64,000 nucleotides of DNA from the human T2T-CHM13v2.0 reference genome, Homo sapiens (GCF_009914755.1 NC_060936.1), one strand, 5' to 3'; counted from the stretch's first letter, positions 40,010 to 53,769 are shown. A program made the numbers and translations. Notes: generated by a model not told the origin, from the sequence alone.

Positions 40010-40375
40010 TTGAATACATGGCTGTATAGCTAGTCCCTATGTCTCAGAGCTTCTTCCAGCTTGGTATGACTATTTGATCATCTCACCAACAGATTGGTGC
40101 ATAAGTGATGTGTGCCCCTTTGATCTGGGCCTTAAGACACTGGACATGTGCTTCTGACAACTTCTTCCCCTTTTTACAGTTTAAAAGCTATCTATGATCA
40201 GCTTTGGCTATGCCGTATGGAATAATAAACCAACAAGGTAACATATCACTAAATGTCTTCATGGATGAAAGACATGCCCAAATCTGGATTGTTAAACCCA
40301 GCACTATTATGAGAAAGGCCTAAGAACTTCTTTGTTCTATAAGCAACTGCCATTTAGGGTCTCTTTGTTATATTA
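40010..40375 (+). mobile_element. Old MaLR LTR fragment (MLT1-like)
   Basis: 'aagtgatgtgtgcccc' and 'aagcaactgccatttagggtctctttgtta' resemble MLT1 LTRs. Confidence 0.45.
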
Positions 40376-40610
40376 TTTGTCCTATCTAATACAGCTTCTG
40401 TCCCAAATATGCTTTTCCTGGATGGTAACTGCCTTATGCAAAGCTGTACTGAGTTTATTTGTAATATTTTCCCAAAGCTCCACAAAGTCAGTGGTTGTGA
40501 ATTCTTGCCTCTCATGTCTACTTGACATTTCCTATTTTCTGAGAATTTTCTTCCTTCTTCAAGCACTGGTTCCAGCCCTCTCACCCCCATCCATAAAGTT
40601 CAGATGGACA

Positions 40611-40769
40611 TAGAGGGATTGTTCTTGTGAATTAGCACTATTGTTTGGGAAATCTAGATTTTACCAACAATGAAGATGAACAATTAGGAGTTAGGTCATG
40701 TGCAAGAGGGATATGGGGGAACAGCCAAAGGAGACTATGACACACAAAGGCCACAGTGGAAAATTTTCA
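40611..40769 (-). mobile_element. Short 3' LTR of an ancient provirus
   Basis: Diverged direct repeat of 44610-44786; starts TGA on the minus strand just after a purine tract (agaaaaggtgg). Confidence 0.75.
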
Positions 40770-40899
40770 CCACCTTTTCTATAGGTCAGTGGGGAGCTTG
40801 ATTTGTCATTTAACCAAATCTTGATTTGTTCGCAAGACTATACCACTCACTCAAGACTATACCACTCAAGTGGTATAGTCTCAGGTTCACTGGTGATGA

Positions 40900-41064
40900 C
40901 AGCTATCAGGGCTTTTTCAAAGTAATTATACCTCTCTTTCCTGTCTTTCTGATGAAATTTTGCCAAATAATTGAATTTTAATGATTTCTCAAGTGAGGGT
41001 GCAGAAAAAAATTAAAATGTTACAGAGAATACAAGGAATGAATATCAAGGTAAGTACTGACAGG
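40900..41064 (-). pseudogene. Probable env membrane-anchor and cytoplasmic-tail remnant
   Basis: Minus strand reads LSVLTLIFIPCILCNILIFFC, similar to the gamma-type TM anchor (LxxGPCIxN), in the expected position before the PPT. Confidence 0.45.
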
Positions 41065-41348
41065 TGATAGGGTTTGGCTGTGTGTCCCCACCCAAATCTC
41101 ATCTTGAATTGTACTCCCATAATTCCCACATGTTGTCAGAGGAACCCGGTGGGTGGTAGTTGAATCATGAAGTCAGGTCTTTCCCGTGCTGTTCTCACTA
41201 TAGTGAATAAGTCTCACAAGATCTGATGATTTTATAAGGTGGAGTTTCCCTGAACAAGCGCTCTCTTTGCCTGCCACCATCCACGTAAGACGTGACTTGC
41301 TCCTCCTTGCCTTCTGCCATGATTGTGAGGCCTCTTCAGCCATGTGGA
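41065..41348 (+). mobile_element. THE1 (THE1B-like) MaLR LTR, 3'-truncated
   Basis: 'tgatagggtttggctgtgtgtccccacccaaatctcatcttgaattgtactccc...gccatgattgtgaggcctc..cagccatgtgga', breaking off before the polyA signal and CA end. Confidence 0.92.
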
Positions 41349-42780
41349 CACAGTAGTAAGGACACATTCATAACCACATAAGGTGAGTAATGAAATGAAA
41401 TCCACTTTCAGATTCAAGTTCAAAAGGGGGTCTAAAGTTTTGGCTTGTGTCCATGTCCCAGCTTTATAATTTCCCTGAAATGGTAGGCTTGACAGATAGG
41501 AAATGCACCAAAGATGTGCTCTACAATCCTATTGAAGTATCTCCACCAACACTTATTTATTATAGTTTTTAAATTTTCCTTTCCATGATGGGTGCATATA
41601 ACATCTTTTGGGAGGCCCAGTTCAGCATCCTGAGCAAACCAAGAGACCATCTTGGTGCCACCACAGCTATCTGAGATGGGAAAACAATTTTATCTTTTCC
41701 AATACACTTCTTCAGAACCAAGTGTTTGATACTGGAGTCAATTCAAGACCAGATGCCAATAGTCAGGAGTTACTTTTGGCTTTGAATCTTGGACAGCCTG
41801 GAAGTGTTAAAGCAGCTCATTTAGTACTGCATAGTAATCTGCTCAAGCATTAGCCTTTGTTTCTTCAGTCTGCTTTTTACTATGAACTCAACCTTAATAC
41901 AGCCAATTCCTTTGGAAGAAACAAGGCATATAATAGGATTTTTATGTGACTGCCATGTTTAATGGGAATACCAGATGCAGTTAAGAAACCTCATTGTTCC
42001 CAAAGCATACCAAGATTCATGAACCACCCCAAAAGCATATTTGCTATCTGTATAGATGTTCGCTCTCTTATATCTACCTAACAGGCAGGCTGAAGTAAGT
42101 GCTACAATTGTAGCAACTTGCAGAGATTTGGCCTCTTTGGAAGGATAATATCGAAGTAAGTCTGAATGGGTTTTGATTACATGTGCTTGATAGCCTCCTT
42201 GTTCAGTTCTCGAATAGACTCCATCCATAAACAGTTCTAAATCTGGGTTGTCTAAAAGAATTTTAAAGAGATCAGAGAAAGGCCAGAAAAACTGTTGCCT
42301 AAGTACATGACAGTAATGAGATTCTCTCTCCTATGGGAGAGAGACAAAGCTTGGGGGTTTTAGGGGATACAGAGATGAATAGAAATATGTATGGATGAAA
42401 AGAGAAAAATTTCTCAGGTTAATCTAGAAGCAAAGAAGCATTGGGTGCTTTCAGTTATGAGTAAGGTCTGAATGATATGAGGGACCATAAGGTTAAGGTG
42501 GAGATCTTAGGACTAGGTCAGCAGAAGCCTCATTTAACTGTGCTGTTGTTGCCACTACACACACAGAGCTAGGCTTCTGCCATCAGCAAAGTCAGAGGTT
42601 ATTATAAATGTCAGATGTCTGATACTTATCATACTGTTAGGTTAGAACCGCAGAAGCTTCTTCATATCTTTCATGTGCAAAGAGAAAGAAAGGTCTATCG
42701 TAACTGGGAATCCTAAGCATAGGCACTTTTGAAGGATATTTTTTAAGTTACAGAAGGCTCTAGTGAGTCTGGCCCAGATA
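41349..42780 (-). pseudogene. ERV pol remnants: RT connection domain, RNase H, integrase N-terminus
   Basis: LRIPSYDRPFFLFAHE (~42640-42720); RNase H ALTSACLLGRYKRANIYTDSKYAFGVVHE (ORF 41959-42228); integrase zinc-finger THHG..WW..ICQ (41432-41650) and core start VDFISL..GYECVLTTV. Confidence 0.88.
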
Positions 42781-42849
42781 AAAGCTCAGATACTGGGAAA
42801 TCAATCTCTGCCAAGATCAAATAATTTTCTTCCATGAATTTTCAGAAAA

Positions 42850-44200
42850 AGGCTCTCTATCCCACATTTAAGAGTGGCACCCATTTGCAAAGTAGGTCTT
42901 TCTACAACAGATCCTACAGAGTGAAATCACTACACAGAAAAATATGTTGACTAGTAAGAGGAATATTTGAGATTCCGACCACTGAAAACTTTGGTTGCTC
43001 CAAGGAAAGAATGATGGAAAGTTGGCAAGGTTTATGGTAGACTGTGCAGTCCTGGCAGCAACTGAAAAAGGAACTTGCTAGGTTTTTTTGCAATTGCTTG
43101 AAAAGTTCTCCCTTTCGTTTTAAGGGAAATTGCGGACAAACCAGAGGACCCACTTACTCAAAAAGGGTCAATCTATCACACAAAATTTTCTCATCTTTTA
43201 AGATTCTGCCTTTCAAGTTAAAGTGGAGCAAGTGTTTTCCCAACATCCTTTTTCTTATGGGTCTTCTTCACAGTGTCTTTGTCTAGACTAGCTATAGAGA
43301 TGTTCCTTTTATTGGGTTTATCTAATAGTTTAATCTGAAGACCTATTAATTTGGTCTGTACATTTTTTTCTGAGTCAAAGTGTTTTCACAGTGCTCATCA
43401 AGCTCTTGTAATTCAGAGATGTGGCAGCCTGCATTCTATCTTGTTTTCTAACTAAATCTGTTACCTCAGGTTTAAGACCATCAGTAAAGAAGGTGGTTAG
43501 GGCAGTTGTCATGTCTTCACTCCTATTGAGGACATAGTATTCTGAGAGGTGGTAATTAAGCTGTCTCAGAAATCAGGAATGAATCTATTTTTGCCCTTCT
43601 TACATAACTGGATTTTTTCAGGGAATCTTACACTATAAATTCCTAAGATAACATTTAAATTCTGTCTTTCCTTAGGAGGGACTGGAAAGTCCTTAGCTAC
43701 ATTATAAAAATCTTGACCATTTCCATTTCTATTGAAATATATTACAAAGGATATTCTCCAGTAAGAGGGCTATATTTAGCAAGAGGCAGTAGAGGATAAG
43801 AAAGGAGGTTGAGAGAAGGTACAGGGGAGGGAGAAAGTTGAAATACAGGAGAGTAGGAGGAAAGCCAATGCAAAGATGGGTTAGAAGAGGAAAAATAAGA
43901 CTTTAAGTTTAGATTTTAGATTATCCCTGTTTCTACTAGCTTTTTCTAAGGAGCTCTTAGGAGAAGCAATTTTAGAATTTTGCTGTCCTTTAGAGTTGTT
44001 TTTTCTTTTTTTTACTTTAAGAGACCTCTTCATACCACTTAAAAACACTGACCATTGAATATTCGAAATCTTTAAAACATTCCATACAAATGGATTATTT
44101 TATTCACATCTCAAGTTCCTCAAAGTGGCCACTAAAGTTCTAAGCTATTCTTGAGAAAATCCTGCCAGAGTTTTCAATGGCTGGTGCTATTGGCTCTATA
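42850..44200 (-). pseudogene. ERV gag-pro remnants
   Basis: Degenerate protease C-terminus NLL*KDLLCKW (~42880-42912), proline-rich gag segment (~43780-43900), matrix-like WPL and QW..F.WYEE motifs (~44020-44140). Confidence 0.6.
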
Positions 44201-44609
44201 ACATTAAACCCATATTTAAATGACCTGAAAAACAAACTCTCCTTAATGCTATACAAAGCAAATTTCAATGAGTAGAATAAATCAAACCAATAGGTGTATA
44301 GCAAGAACAACAAAGAAAAAAATAATAAAGGCTCAGGAGATACTTTAAGGCCGAGAGAGCCAGGCACTGGTCTGGTCCACGGAAGACTCACTCCTCTTTT
44401 AAGTGACCCAAGCTAAACAATAGGTCTAAACAGCAAAACTATGGAAGAAAATCAACCAAAGGGTCAACAAGTCTTCGAAGGAGCATTCTAACTTGGAGAA
44501 GGATGATAGAAAGTTTTGCATGGCTTTAGCAGGATGAAGCTGGCTGAAGTTCAGCTAGACTTAGCAGAAGGGGGATTGGCTGAGGTCCAGGTAGTTTCAG
44601 AAATAGAAA

Positions 44610-44786
44610 TAGAGGGATTGTTCTTGTGGAGTAAAAGCCATTGTTTCAGCAATCTGGATTTTATTGAAAGGGGTGAATAGCAAGAATTGGGGGTTACAGT
44701 CATGAGCAAGAGAGAATAAGGAAAGACAGTTGTGGAGTAAGGGCAAGGCTACAAGAACTTGTAAAAGCCACAGTGGAAAATTCTCA
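44610..44786 (-). mobile_element. Short 5' LTR of an ancient provirus
   Basis: Shares tagagggattgttcttgtg, gtcatg.gcaagag and gccacagtggaaaatt.tca with 40611-40769; has minus-strand AATAAA (~44660-44665). Confidence 0.75.
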
Positions 44787-46779
44787 GGTCACAAGTAGTT
44801 AGGGGTCTCTCACATACAATAGCAGTAAAACTTGTGTTTTCCCAGGGGACTTCAATGCGTTCATTCAAAGTAATTTCCAGCAAAGTGACAATGTCAGTGT
44901 GGGAAATGTCTTGTAGCAGAACTTCCTTGACCAAGCTTTATTAAGCTTCTGAATGAGGCTGTAGATTGAGGGATTCTGGGAGAATAGAAGGAACATTTCT
45001 TGTGATTGCCCCCTCCTCTTTTTACATGTGAAAATTCAGATTTGTGCAGAATTAAGCAGAGTGAAATTGAAATGGAAAGAGGTAAACCCAATGGATCCCT
45101 TTCTCCATACTACTGCATATCCAGATAAATATAAAAACTTTTTAGGATTTAGCAGTATTCTCTTATTCTATCAAGAGATCCCAGGATAATAAAGCATAAT
45201 TTTGAGAAAGAGAATTCAAAGTACTTAGATGTTTGCTTATTTTGGTTTAGGGGAATGCTGGCACCCTTGAAAGATCAGCCATTAACTATGTGACATTGGA
45301 ATGCAAGTCAAGTGGGATAAAAGCATTGGTTCTTCTGACATAAACTTCAGCAGCATATAACTTTCTTACGACACTTCAGCCTTTTTTTCCCTTCCTATCT
45401 TGGATAGAAATAAGTAAAAAGATATGACCAAAAGAAGAAATAACATTAAAAAGATTTTTCAGATGCTTTAAAATCCTGGGAAGTATTCAATTCTTGTTAG
45501 ACCTAAGGTTGGAATTAGTCCACTTATTTTTTTTTCTCTGAATCATACAGCTGGTTCCTGAATTGAATGTTCATCCATGCCCTGTGAACAAGTTCCACCA
45601 CAGTTAGAGGTGAAATTATTGGAGAAGTTTCCATAAATCTGAGTCACTGAAGGGAAATAATGTTACTTTGGTCCTTTGCTCCTCTTTATGATTAAAAAAA
45701 ATTGTAAGAAAAGCCTCGTTTTTGCCCTAAATTCAAAGCATGTTATAACAGTTATGTATCTTGGCAAAACTGCCTTATTTAAGTAACTACTTATTCCAAC
45801 TTTGAAACAAATGTAGGCTAACATGCTGTAGGTGTTACGTGTCTGTACTTAAGAGTCTCATGAAATATAAAACCCATTCACTATTAAATTTAAGTTTTAT
45901 TTGAGGTTTATTTAACTTTTTTTCAATGTGCATGGAGTTTATGAAAAGGAACTTTGTACAAACCATTCATTTAATTGCTTTTGATTGCTTTGTTGGTTCA
46001 CCATGTACCAGGCATGACAGTGTTTTGTGTTAAGAAAGTACAGTATTGAAACAGCAGAGAAACTATTGTCATAGTTTAATACAGAACTTGTCAGGGCCAG
46101 TACACTGATGTTCATTATTTCATGCAGGTATCCCTGAAAATGCTTTTGATTAATTATGTACTTTTTTGCACCATTTGGTTCTTTCAGAATGTACATATTT
46201 TTTCTCTTCATTTGCCAGTTAATTACTACATTCTGTTGAGGGAAATAGTTAGAACAACATTTTTTAGTTTACAGTAACTTTTTTCAGAAACATAAACTAT
46301 AGAAATTCTTTAATTTTCAGTACTATACGTTTAAAATTATAAAGAGACAGTTACCATTTTCTGTACCTAAGAGTTTGCTTAAGAGAACTCAATTTAAAAA
46401 CACTATGTCAAGTAAGCATCTAGCATTGTAATGAATTCTATAGATACATTTTTTCAAAGATAAGATTAGCTTATCAGTTTTTTCTGACAAAGATACTTAG
46501 AAAAAAATACAAGAGAAATTTAAAAAATAAGATTTTAAGAATGTGTTAAACTGGGAGTTTGGTTAAGCTTTATTTAAAGTTGTTACATAAATTTTATCTT
46601 CCATTGCTCTCCCTATCTTTCTTAGTATGATTTTCTCTCAATTGTGGATACACTTGTATAAAATTCTATAAAGCAATTCACATTGAGATACTCTTGATTG
46701 AAATCACTAAATATTCGTTGAACATCTCCCCACTGACCTAACACTGTGCTTGGGACTATAAGATTGCCTTCTTTAATCT

Positions 46780-46970
46780 TCAGACTATCCCCCAAAGTAT
46801 TGGCATTATCAGCACACTTGTCAAGAATAGAGGATCCCAGACCAACTAAATTGTAATCTTCATGTTAACATAATTCTTGAGTGACTTGTAAGCACATTGA
46901 AATTTGAGACACAATGGTCTAGAGCAGTGATTCTTAAACTTTAATCAGATTCACCTGAGGGGTTTGTTAT
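46780..46970. mobile_element. MER5-type hAT-Charlie MITE fragments, adjacent
   Basis: 'gcacattgaaatttgagacacaatg' end, tctaga target, then 'cagtgattcttaaacttt..atcagattcacctgagg'. Confidence 0.55.
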
Positions 46971-47339
46971 GGGTCTATACTTGAAGAATCTCCGGTCTAA
47001 AGTGATAAAAGAGGCCAAAAGTTATCTTTGTCTTTAATAATTGTATTATATAGCTGAGAAGAAAATTTTTCACACATCGAATAATTAGAGAGCAATTGAA
47101 TGCTTATCTGTGTGCCTTTGACTTTCTCTTTTGAGAAGGGGAAGATTAATGTGGTGTTAGCTTGTCAGGAAAAATTCCATTACCTGGGAAAGTTATGGTA
47201 CCACAGATGGAATTGAGAAAGGTGGAAAGTATGGCAAATTTTTAAGAGAAAAAGATATGTTTAAAGAGGCTGATAGGCCATCAAAGAAAGTGCATACCAA
47301 TGGCAGCTGGAACTACATGAGCCTAGCACAGCTAAAGCT

Positions 47340-47472
47340 AAGATTAAAAGTCTGTAAGCATCTTGAGGGCAGGAACCTTACCTTGTTCACTTTTCTAGTT
47401 TCAGTACTAATGATGTACCTGACACACAGTAGGTGTTTAATGCTTTCTGTGGACTTAATTAATAAATCAATT
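47340..47472 (+). mobile_element. L2 3' end
   Basis: 'ctgtaagcatcttgagggcaggaacc..cttgttcac..gtacctgacacacagtaggtgtttaat'. Confidence 0.75.
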
Positions 47473-47963
47473 TAGATGTGATCCTTAAAGCCATACCTGT
47501 TATAAATATTCTCACTCAGATGCATTTAATGTGGTCTTGAAAGAAGACCACAGCCATAACCAAAAGGCTTAACCCCAAATCAGAAATCTTTAATAGTGGA
47601 TTTTCAGGTCCAAAAGTAGCCGGAAGAAAAGTACTTTTGGTAGAAGATATTTAATTTATGACACAGCCTATAATGATGCTAGTATACAGGAAACTATATA
47701 TATATGCATTCTAGTTGGTTTTTGAAAATTGCTTGTTATTCGTTATCTTAGAAAAAATATTGTTAGCAATCTTAAATACCCCTGAATGCCTTTTAAAATG
47801 AAATTAAACTTTATTATTTTCCAATTATCTTATCAAAATGTACTAGGTACTACTGTATGCAAAGTCTCTTCTATGCAAAGAAAAACCTATTTACTGTAGG
47901 AAATTTTATAGAGAGAAACATGCTATCTAGCCAGTTCTTCTACAAGCAGCTATCATATCTCTC

Positions 47964-48005
47964 GATTTCCAGTCTTTATTTCTGGATTTCCAGTCTTTAT
48001 TTCTG
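47964..48005. repeat. 21-bp perfect tandem duplication (gatttccagtctttatttctg x2)
   Basis: Read directly. Confidence 0.92.
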
Positions 48006-50032
48006 GAGCCCAGTTTATATACACAATGTTGAGTTTGCTTTACTGCTACCATTCACAGAGAGAATTTATCTACAATTAACTGAAGTCAATGTCAGGTATT
48101 CCATTTCTGTTATCTCATCCTTTGATTTTAAGGTAATATTTTACTGACTTTGTGATCTTGTGATATGATGTGACATTGCGTCTGGGTCATTCAAAGTATC
48201 TAAATGATGAGACAATATGTGATTCAGCTTACAAAAGAGTAGAAAAAGAGGTAAAATGAAGAGAGAGTCATAGCATCTTCTCTCACTGACACATGACAGA
48301 TGAATCACAAACAATTTCAAAAAGCCAGCTTGTATTTATGTGCTTCTTCCATATGTATCATACTTTACTGTTTTATAAGCCTGCTGTAGTACATAAACAA
48401 CCTGTGTAAAAGTTCAATTAAACTTAAATCTCTTTCTAGGGGTTTCTGAATTGGTAAACAGCTTTTTTCTCTACCCTGTTACAATGAGGCAATTTTAACA
48501 CTTACAAATACCTACCATATAAACCCCACATAAATATGAATGAATATCCCCTGCTACCTTCTGAACCAGACTCCCCCTTTCCTATTGCTTGGGAGATATT
48601 ACCAGAAAAAGCTGGGGCTCTTAAATACTTTATAGTGTAAAGATAAAAAAAATTTTTAAACTTTGGAAAATAAAAGTAGCGTAGGGCAGCTAACCCTAAC
48701 TGTTTTCTTCATAAGGATGACATTAATCATAGATTCACTTAGATTAGGAAAGCATCTCCTTTTTAAAATGTTAACACTATTGTGAAGGTTATGTGACTAT
48801 TTGATAACTGCATATTAGTGTAACTTGTTTAGCCCAATTGCTTTCCTTTTAATGATGGTTAAGGTGAATTGCACTCAGCATTGGGAGTTTTGACTGGATT
48901 AAGGGAGGCAGGTAACCATGGTATATGGGGCCATGGGGGCCATGGGAATCAAATATTAATAGCACATTGCAGTGAAGCACTTCTTAGGGTAACAAAATTA
49001 TGAAGGATTGGAACTAGACAGCAGGAGAGAGATGTACAAAGCAAGGTGAGGCCAAAATTAAATTTCATGTGTTTCTAAATTTTGTTTTGTTAATACAAAT
49101 ATAGGAAAATAAATTTTTTTGTTTTCTCCTTCACATACCCCCAAAGACCTTCTCTCTTTGGATTCAGAAGTGTGGTTAGTATTCATTTAAAAAATTGTCT
49201 TGTCTGTCTTTGGTTGGTAAGTTTTTGAATGTTCAATCAATCATTTTGAACTTGTATTTCTCAACAACATGCCCATTCTCTATCTTAACTACTTTATGTA
49301 CAAAAAGCTCCCTTTCCACAGTATTTTTACTTCACAGTATAATGAAGTGATACACACGGAGGCTGGGAAGATAGTTGTCTGGATGTACATACATTTAGAA
49401 ACTTCAAACCCCCATGACAACTGTAAGGATTTTAATAATAAACATCTAGTTACAAAATTGATAAGATTGGGCTCTACCATGAGTTTTCCATCACTACCCA
49501 AGGTCACCAGAATAGTGTGATGTTTCCAGTCTAAGCCCTGAGGTTATAAAAAGTTTCAAACTTTTAAGATGGATTAAAATAAGTTGCATTGCTTTGAAAA
49601 TTAATTTAACAGGAGCCAATTATACATGAGATAAGTTTCCTTCCCAGTACCTCACCCCACTCCCACCCCTGAAATATATTGAACCAATCATTTTACTCAA
49701 AGAGGTGTTGGTGTTATTGAAAATTGCCTTAACCCCAGGGGAAAGCTAGGTATAAACTTTGTTCCTCTGAAAATCAGAAGCTCATTTTAAACCATGTCAG
49801 ATGATCTCACTACACCATACAGACTATCTTGCCTGTGGCTCATTGCCTATTGCCTGCTGAGTTTAGCTGAATCGAAGAAACTGAGAAAACCCATTCTTGC
49901 TGTGTTTGACTTAAACATAAAGAAAACTAGGAGCATTCATTTAAAGATTCCAGAGCTCAGAAAACAACTGTCTGCTGTGTAGAGTGTATAGATATAGATA
50001 TGATATATTTAAAGTGTGAAATACAACATATA

Positions 50033-50384
50033 CAGTCATACATCACTTAATTATGGAGATACATCTGAAGAAATGCCTTATTAGGTTATTTCTTCCTTGT
50101 GTAAATGTTATAGAGTGTACTTGTACAAACCTAGATAGTATAGCCTACTATACACCTAGGCTATATGGTATAGCCTGTGGCTCCTAGGATACAAAGTTGT
50201 ACATCATGTTACTGTTCTGAAGGAATACTGTAGGCCATTGTAACGCAATGGTAACTATTTGTGTATCTAAGTACATCTAAATATAGAAAATGTACAATAC
50301 AATACAGTATTATACTCTTACAGGACTACCATTGTATATGTGGTCCAACATTGATCATTGTTGTTGTTATGCGGACCATGATTG
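50033..50384 (+). mobile_element. Tigger3a (MER7A-like) DNA transposon
   Basis: TIRs cagtcat.. / ..atgattg with TA duplications; internal 'acaaacctagatagtatagcctactatacacctaggctatatggtatagcct'. Confidence 0.88.
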
Positions 50385-50503
50385 TAATATAAGTTTTAAG
50401 TATAAAATCAGATTAGCAAATACAACTATGAATTCTCTATCTTAGAGACTACTTCTGGTTTACCAAGCAGCCTTCAAACTGGATGTACAAGTCACATAAT
50501 TAG

Positions 50504-50917
<414 letters not shown>

Positions 50918-51066
50918 TAGGCCCTTTTTTTTTTTTTTTAAGCTATTTGGTATGAAAACAAGCTGACTGTTATATTAGAATATCATTTGATATGGAAGTT
51001 TTCAGGACACATAATTAAATCATATCAGTATGCTACAGGAATACATGATTACATACAACACAAACA

Positions 51067-51070
<4 letters not shown>

Positions 51071-51105
<35 letters not shown>
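51071..51105. repeat. (CA)n microsatellite
   Basis: Read directly. Confidence 0.95.
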
Positions 51106-51112
<7 letters not shown>

Positions 51113-51253
51113 ATTTTAATGTGACTGAGGTTTAGAACTACCATAGCGAGTTTCAGAAGCACACATTATGTTCAAGGGTCGAGTATACCTGGGAACATGA
51201 TATTCCCAAAAGAAATGTATTTAGCTTCCAAATGATCCATTAAGAAAGTTATA

Positions 51254-51560
<307 letters not shown>

Positions 51561-52339
51561 GAAAGTTATAAAGTACAAGAAATGTTTCCAACTACTGTTT
51601 AGCAAAGACTTTAGTACATGTAGGTGAGTTCAGACGACACTAGTGTGTAACTATAATGAAAGTGCTGTGTTCCATGACCTTTTGCCAAGGTCATTTATAT
51701 TTCATTTTGTTAACCATACTTTTAAGGATTACCCAGGATTTTTGCTTTATGTACTTATTTCCCTCTCTTCAGGAAAGAGGCTAATATCTCATGTATCCAT
51801 ATATTCTCTTTCACCTAATTTTAAGAATATATCAGAGCTAACCATAAACTCATCTACTATTATTGGGAGTCACTATGTGTGAAAGATAGTAAGGTTGATT
51901 CGAACTGCCAACATTTAAAATCATCTCCAGGTCATTTATTTATGTGAGTTCTTTGGAGGTAATTAGTAATAGCTTTTTATTTTAAAAATCTTTGTCTTTA
52001 TTATCAACTAAATCTTAAACCTCACTTCAGGGTTGTTAGAATTTTGTAATTTGATCCAACATTTGCTCATCCGTCTGGGGAATCCCAATGAACAAATTAC
52101 TTTTTGTTATTAAAAATGACTGGAAATTCCCTCCTAGGGAAAATCACAAATCTCCATTCAGCTAAGGCCAAAAGAATTTCAATATTATTTACTTAAAATA
52201 AAAATGACAAAGGATTAGTGAGTCTTACGCAATAACAAATTGCCAAAAATGTTATTACAAGCAAACTGGCTTTTAAATATAGGAAGACGGCTTTCAGACA
52301 TCTTCCTGTCTAGTTGCTCTTTCTTCTTTTTCCTGTTTC

Positions 52340-52805
52340 AGAAAACAGTACTTCTACTTCAGTTACCCAAGTCAAAAACTTGGGAATCTGCCATCTCCCT
52401 TTGTGCTGCCCACATTTCATCTTCAGGTACCATAGTTTCTATCTGCTAAATATTTCTGGAATGTATTCACTAACACAATGTCTATTCAGGTCATCATTGA
52501 CTCTTACCTGGATTACTCCTCCAGTTTGCTCTGTCTCCAGGCTTTCTACCTTTCAGACATTCTCCACATATTAGCTAGAATAGTCTTTCTAAAATAAGTC
52601 CCATCATTTTTCTTTTCTGCTAAACAACTATTAAAGGATTGTCACATAATCCTTATAAAAGCCAAATTTCTTAACATGGCATAAGGCTCTGTAACTCTGC
52701 CTCCTTCCATGCACTCCAGCCTCATCTCTTGGCCCAATTCTCTCATTTCCACCTCTTCTTCCAACTGTATTTCCTTGATTTCTCTAAATTAGGTTAGATG
52801 GCCTG
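52340..52805 (+). mobile_element. L2 fragment (5' of the L1MB insertion)
   Basis: 'cagttacccaagtcaaaaacttgggaatc', 'tcttacctggattact', 'gctagaatagtctttctaaaa', 'ttcttaacatggcataaggctct'. Confidence 0.7.
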
Positions 52806-52806
52806 T

Positions 52807-52836
<30 letters not shown>
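52807..52836. repeat. (AAAAC)n pentanucleotide repeat
   Basis: Read directly. Confidence 0.9.
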
Positions 52837-52837
<1 letters not shown>

Positions 52838-53704
52838 ACTAATGGTGGGGTGACACCAACCAGATGGCACAACAGAAAGCCCTAGCTCACTCTTTCTCCA
52901 CAAACACATTGATTCAGTAACAATTCAAGTACAAATTATCTTTATGAGAAATCCAGAACTAATTGAAAGGTTCCTGCACCCTAGGAAAATGTGAAACCAG
53001 ACTCCCTAAAGCCAGTAGAGAGATTGGGGACATTTTCTTATCAGAGACCCTGCCTTGCCCTGGTACAAAGCTCTGTGATCAGAAAGAGACTCCTAGATCT
53101 TAGTTTCATCCTAGGGAAGGAGTAGTTGGTTTACATATCCAGCACTCCAACTTTTCTGGAGGGTTTCTGCAGATGACTAGCTTCTGTCTTGCCAGCCTTG
53201 AAGCTCTGATTGGTCTGGCACTGTCCAGCCACCCAGGGGAAATAGAAATGGCAGCTTAGGCTGGTAAACACTATAGACTCTCCTCCCTGCTCAGCACAGG
53301 ACAAGTAGACAAAAATTCCCCACCTCTCAGCTTCCCTCTGGGGAGAGTTGATCCATGGTTCTAACTTTCCAATTTATCCAAGGCTACTCAAAGAACTGTC
53401 ATCTAACTTGCAAGTCTTGGAGCTCCGATAAGTCTGGTCAGTCTAGCTACCCAGGGGAGAACAGAGATGGTGGTTTAGACTGTAAATGCCATAGCCCTTT
53501 TCCCCTAGCTCAGGAGTACACTAGTGGACAAAATCCTCACCTGTCTACTTCCTTCTGGGGAGGTAAAAAGTTTGTATAAGCCCCCAGAATCTCTGGCCAA
53601 GATGACTGGTGGGCATCTTCTCCTTTATGAGGCCAGATCATGAAGACTCAGAGAGGTGCTTGTTTTGCCTAATGCACAGACAACAACACAGATAATCCAA
53701 AAAC

Positions 53705-53769
53705 AGAAGAAGAAGGAGGAAAAGGAGGAGGAGGAGGAAGAGGAGGAGGAGGAGAAGGAAGAAGAAGAA
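53705..53769. repeat. (GAG/GAA)n purine trinucleotide repeat inside L1
   Basis: Read directly. Confidence 0.9.

Noticed and set aside
48916-48946. Three CCATGG palindromes close together
   Set aside because: Short slippage-like repetition with no further structure.
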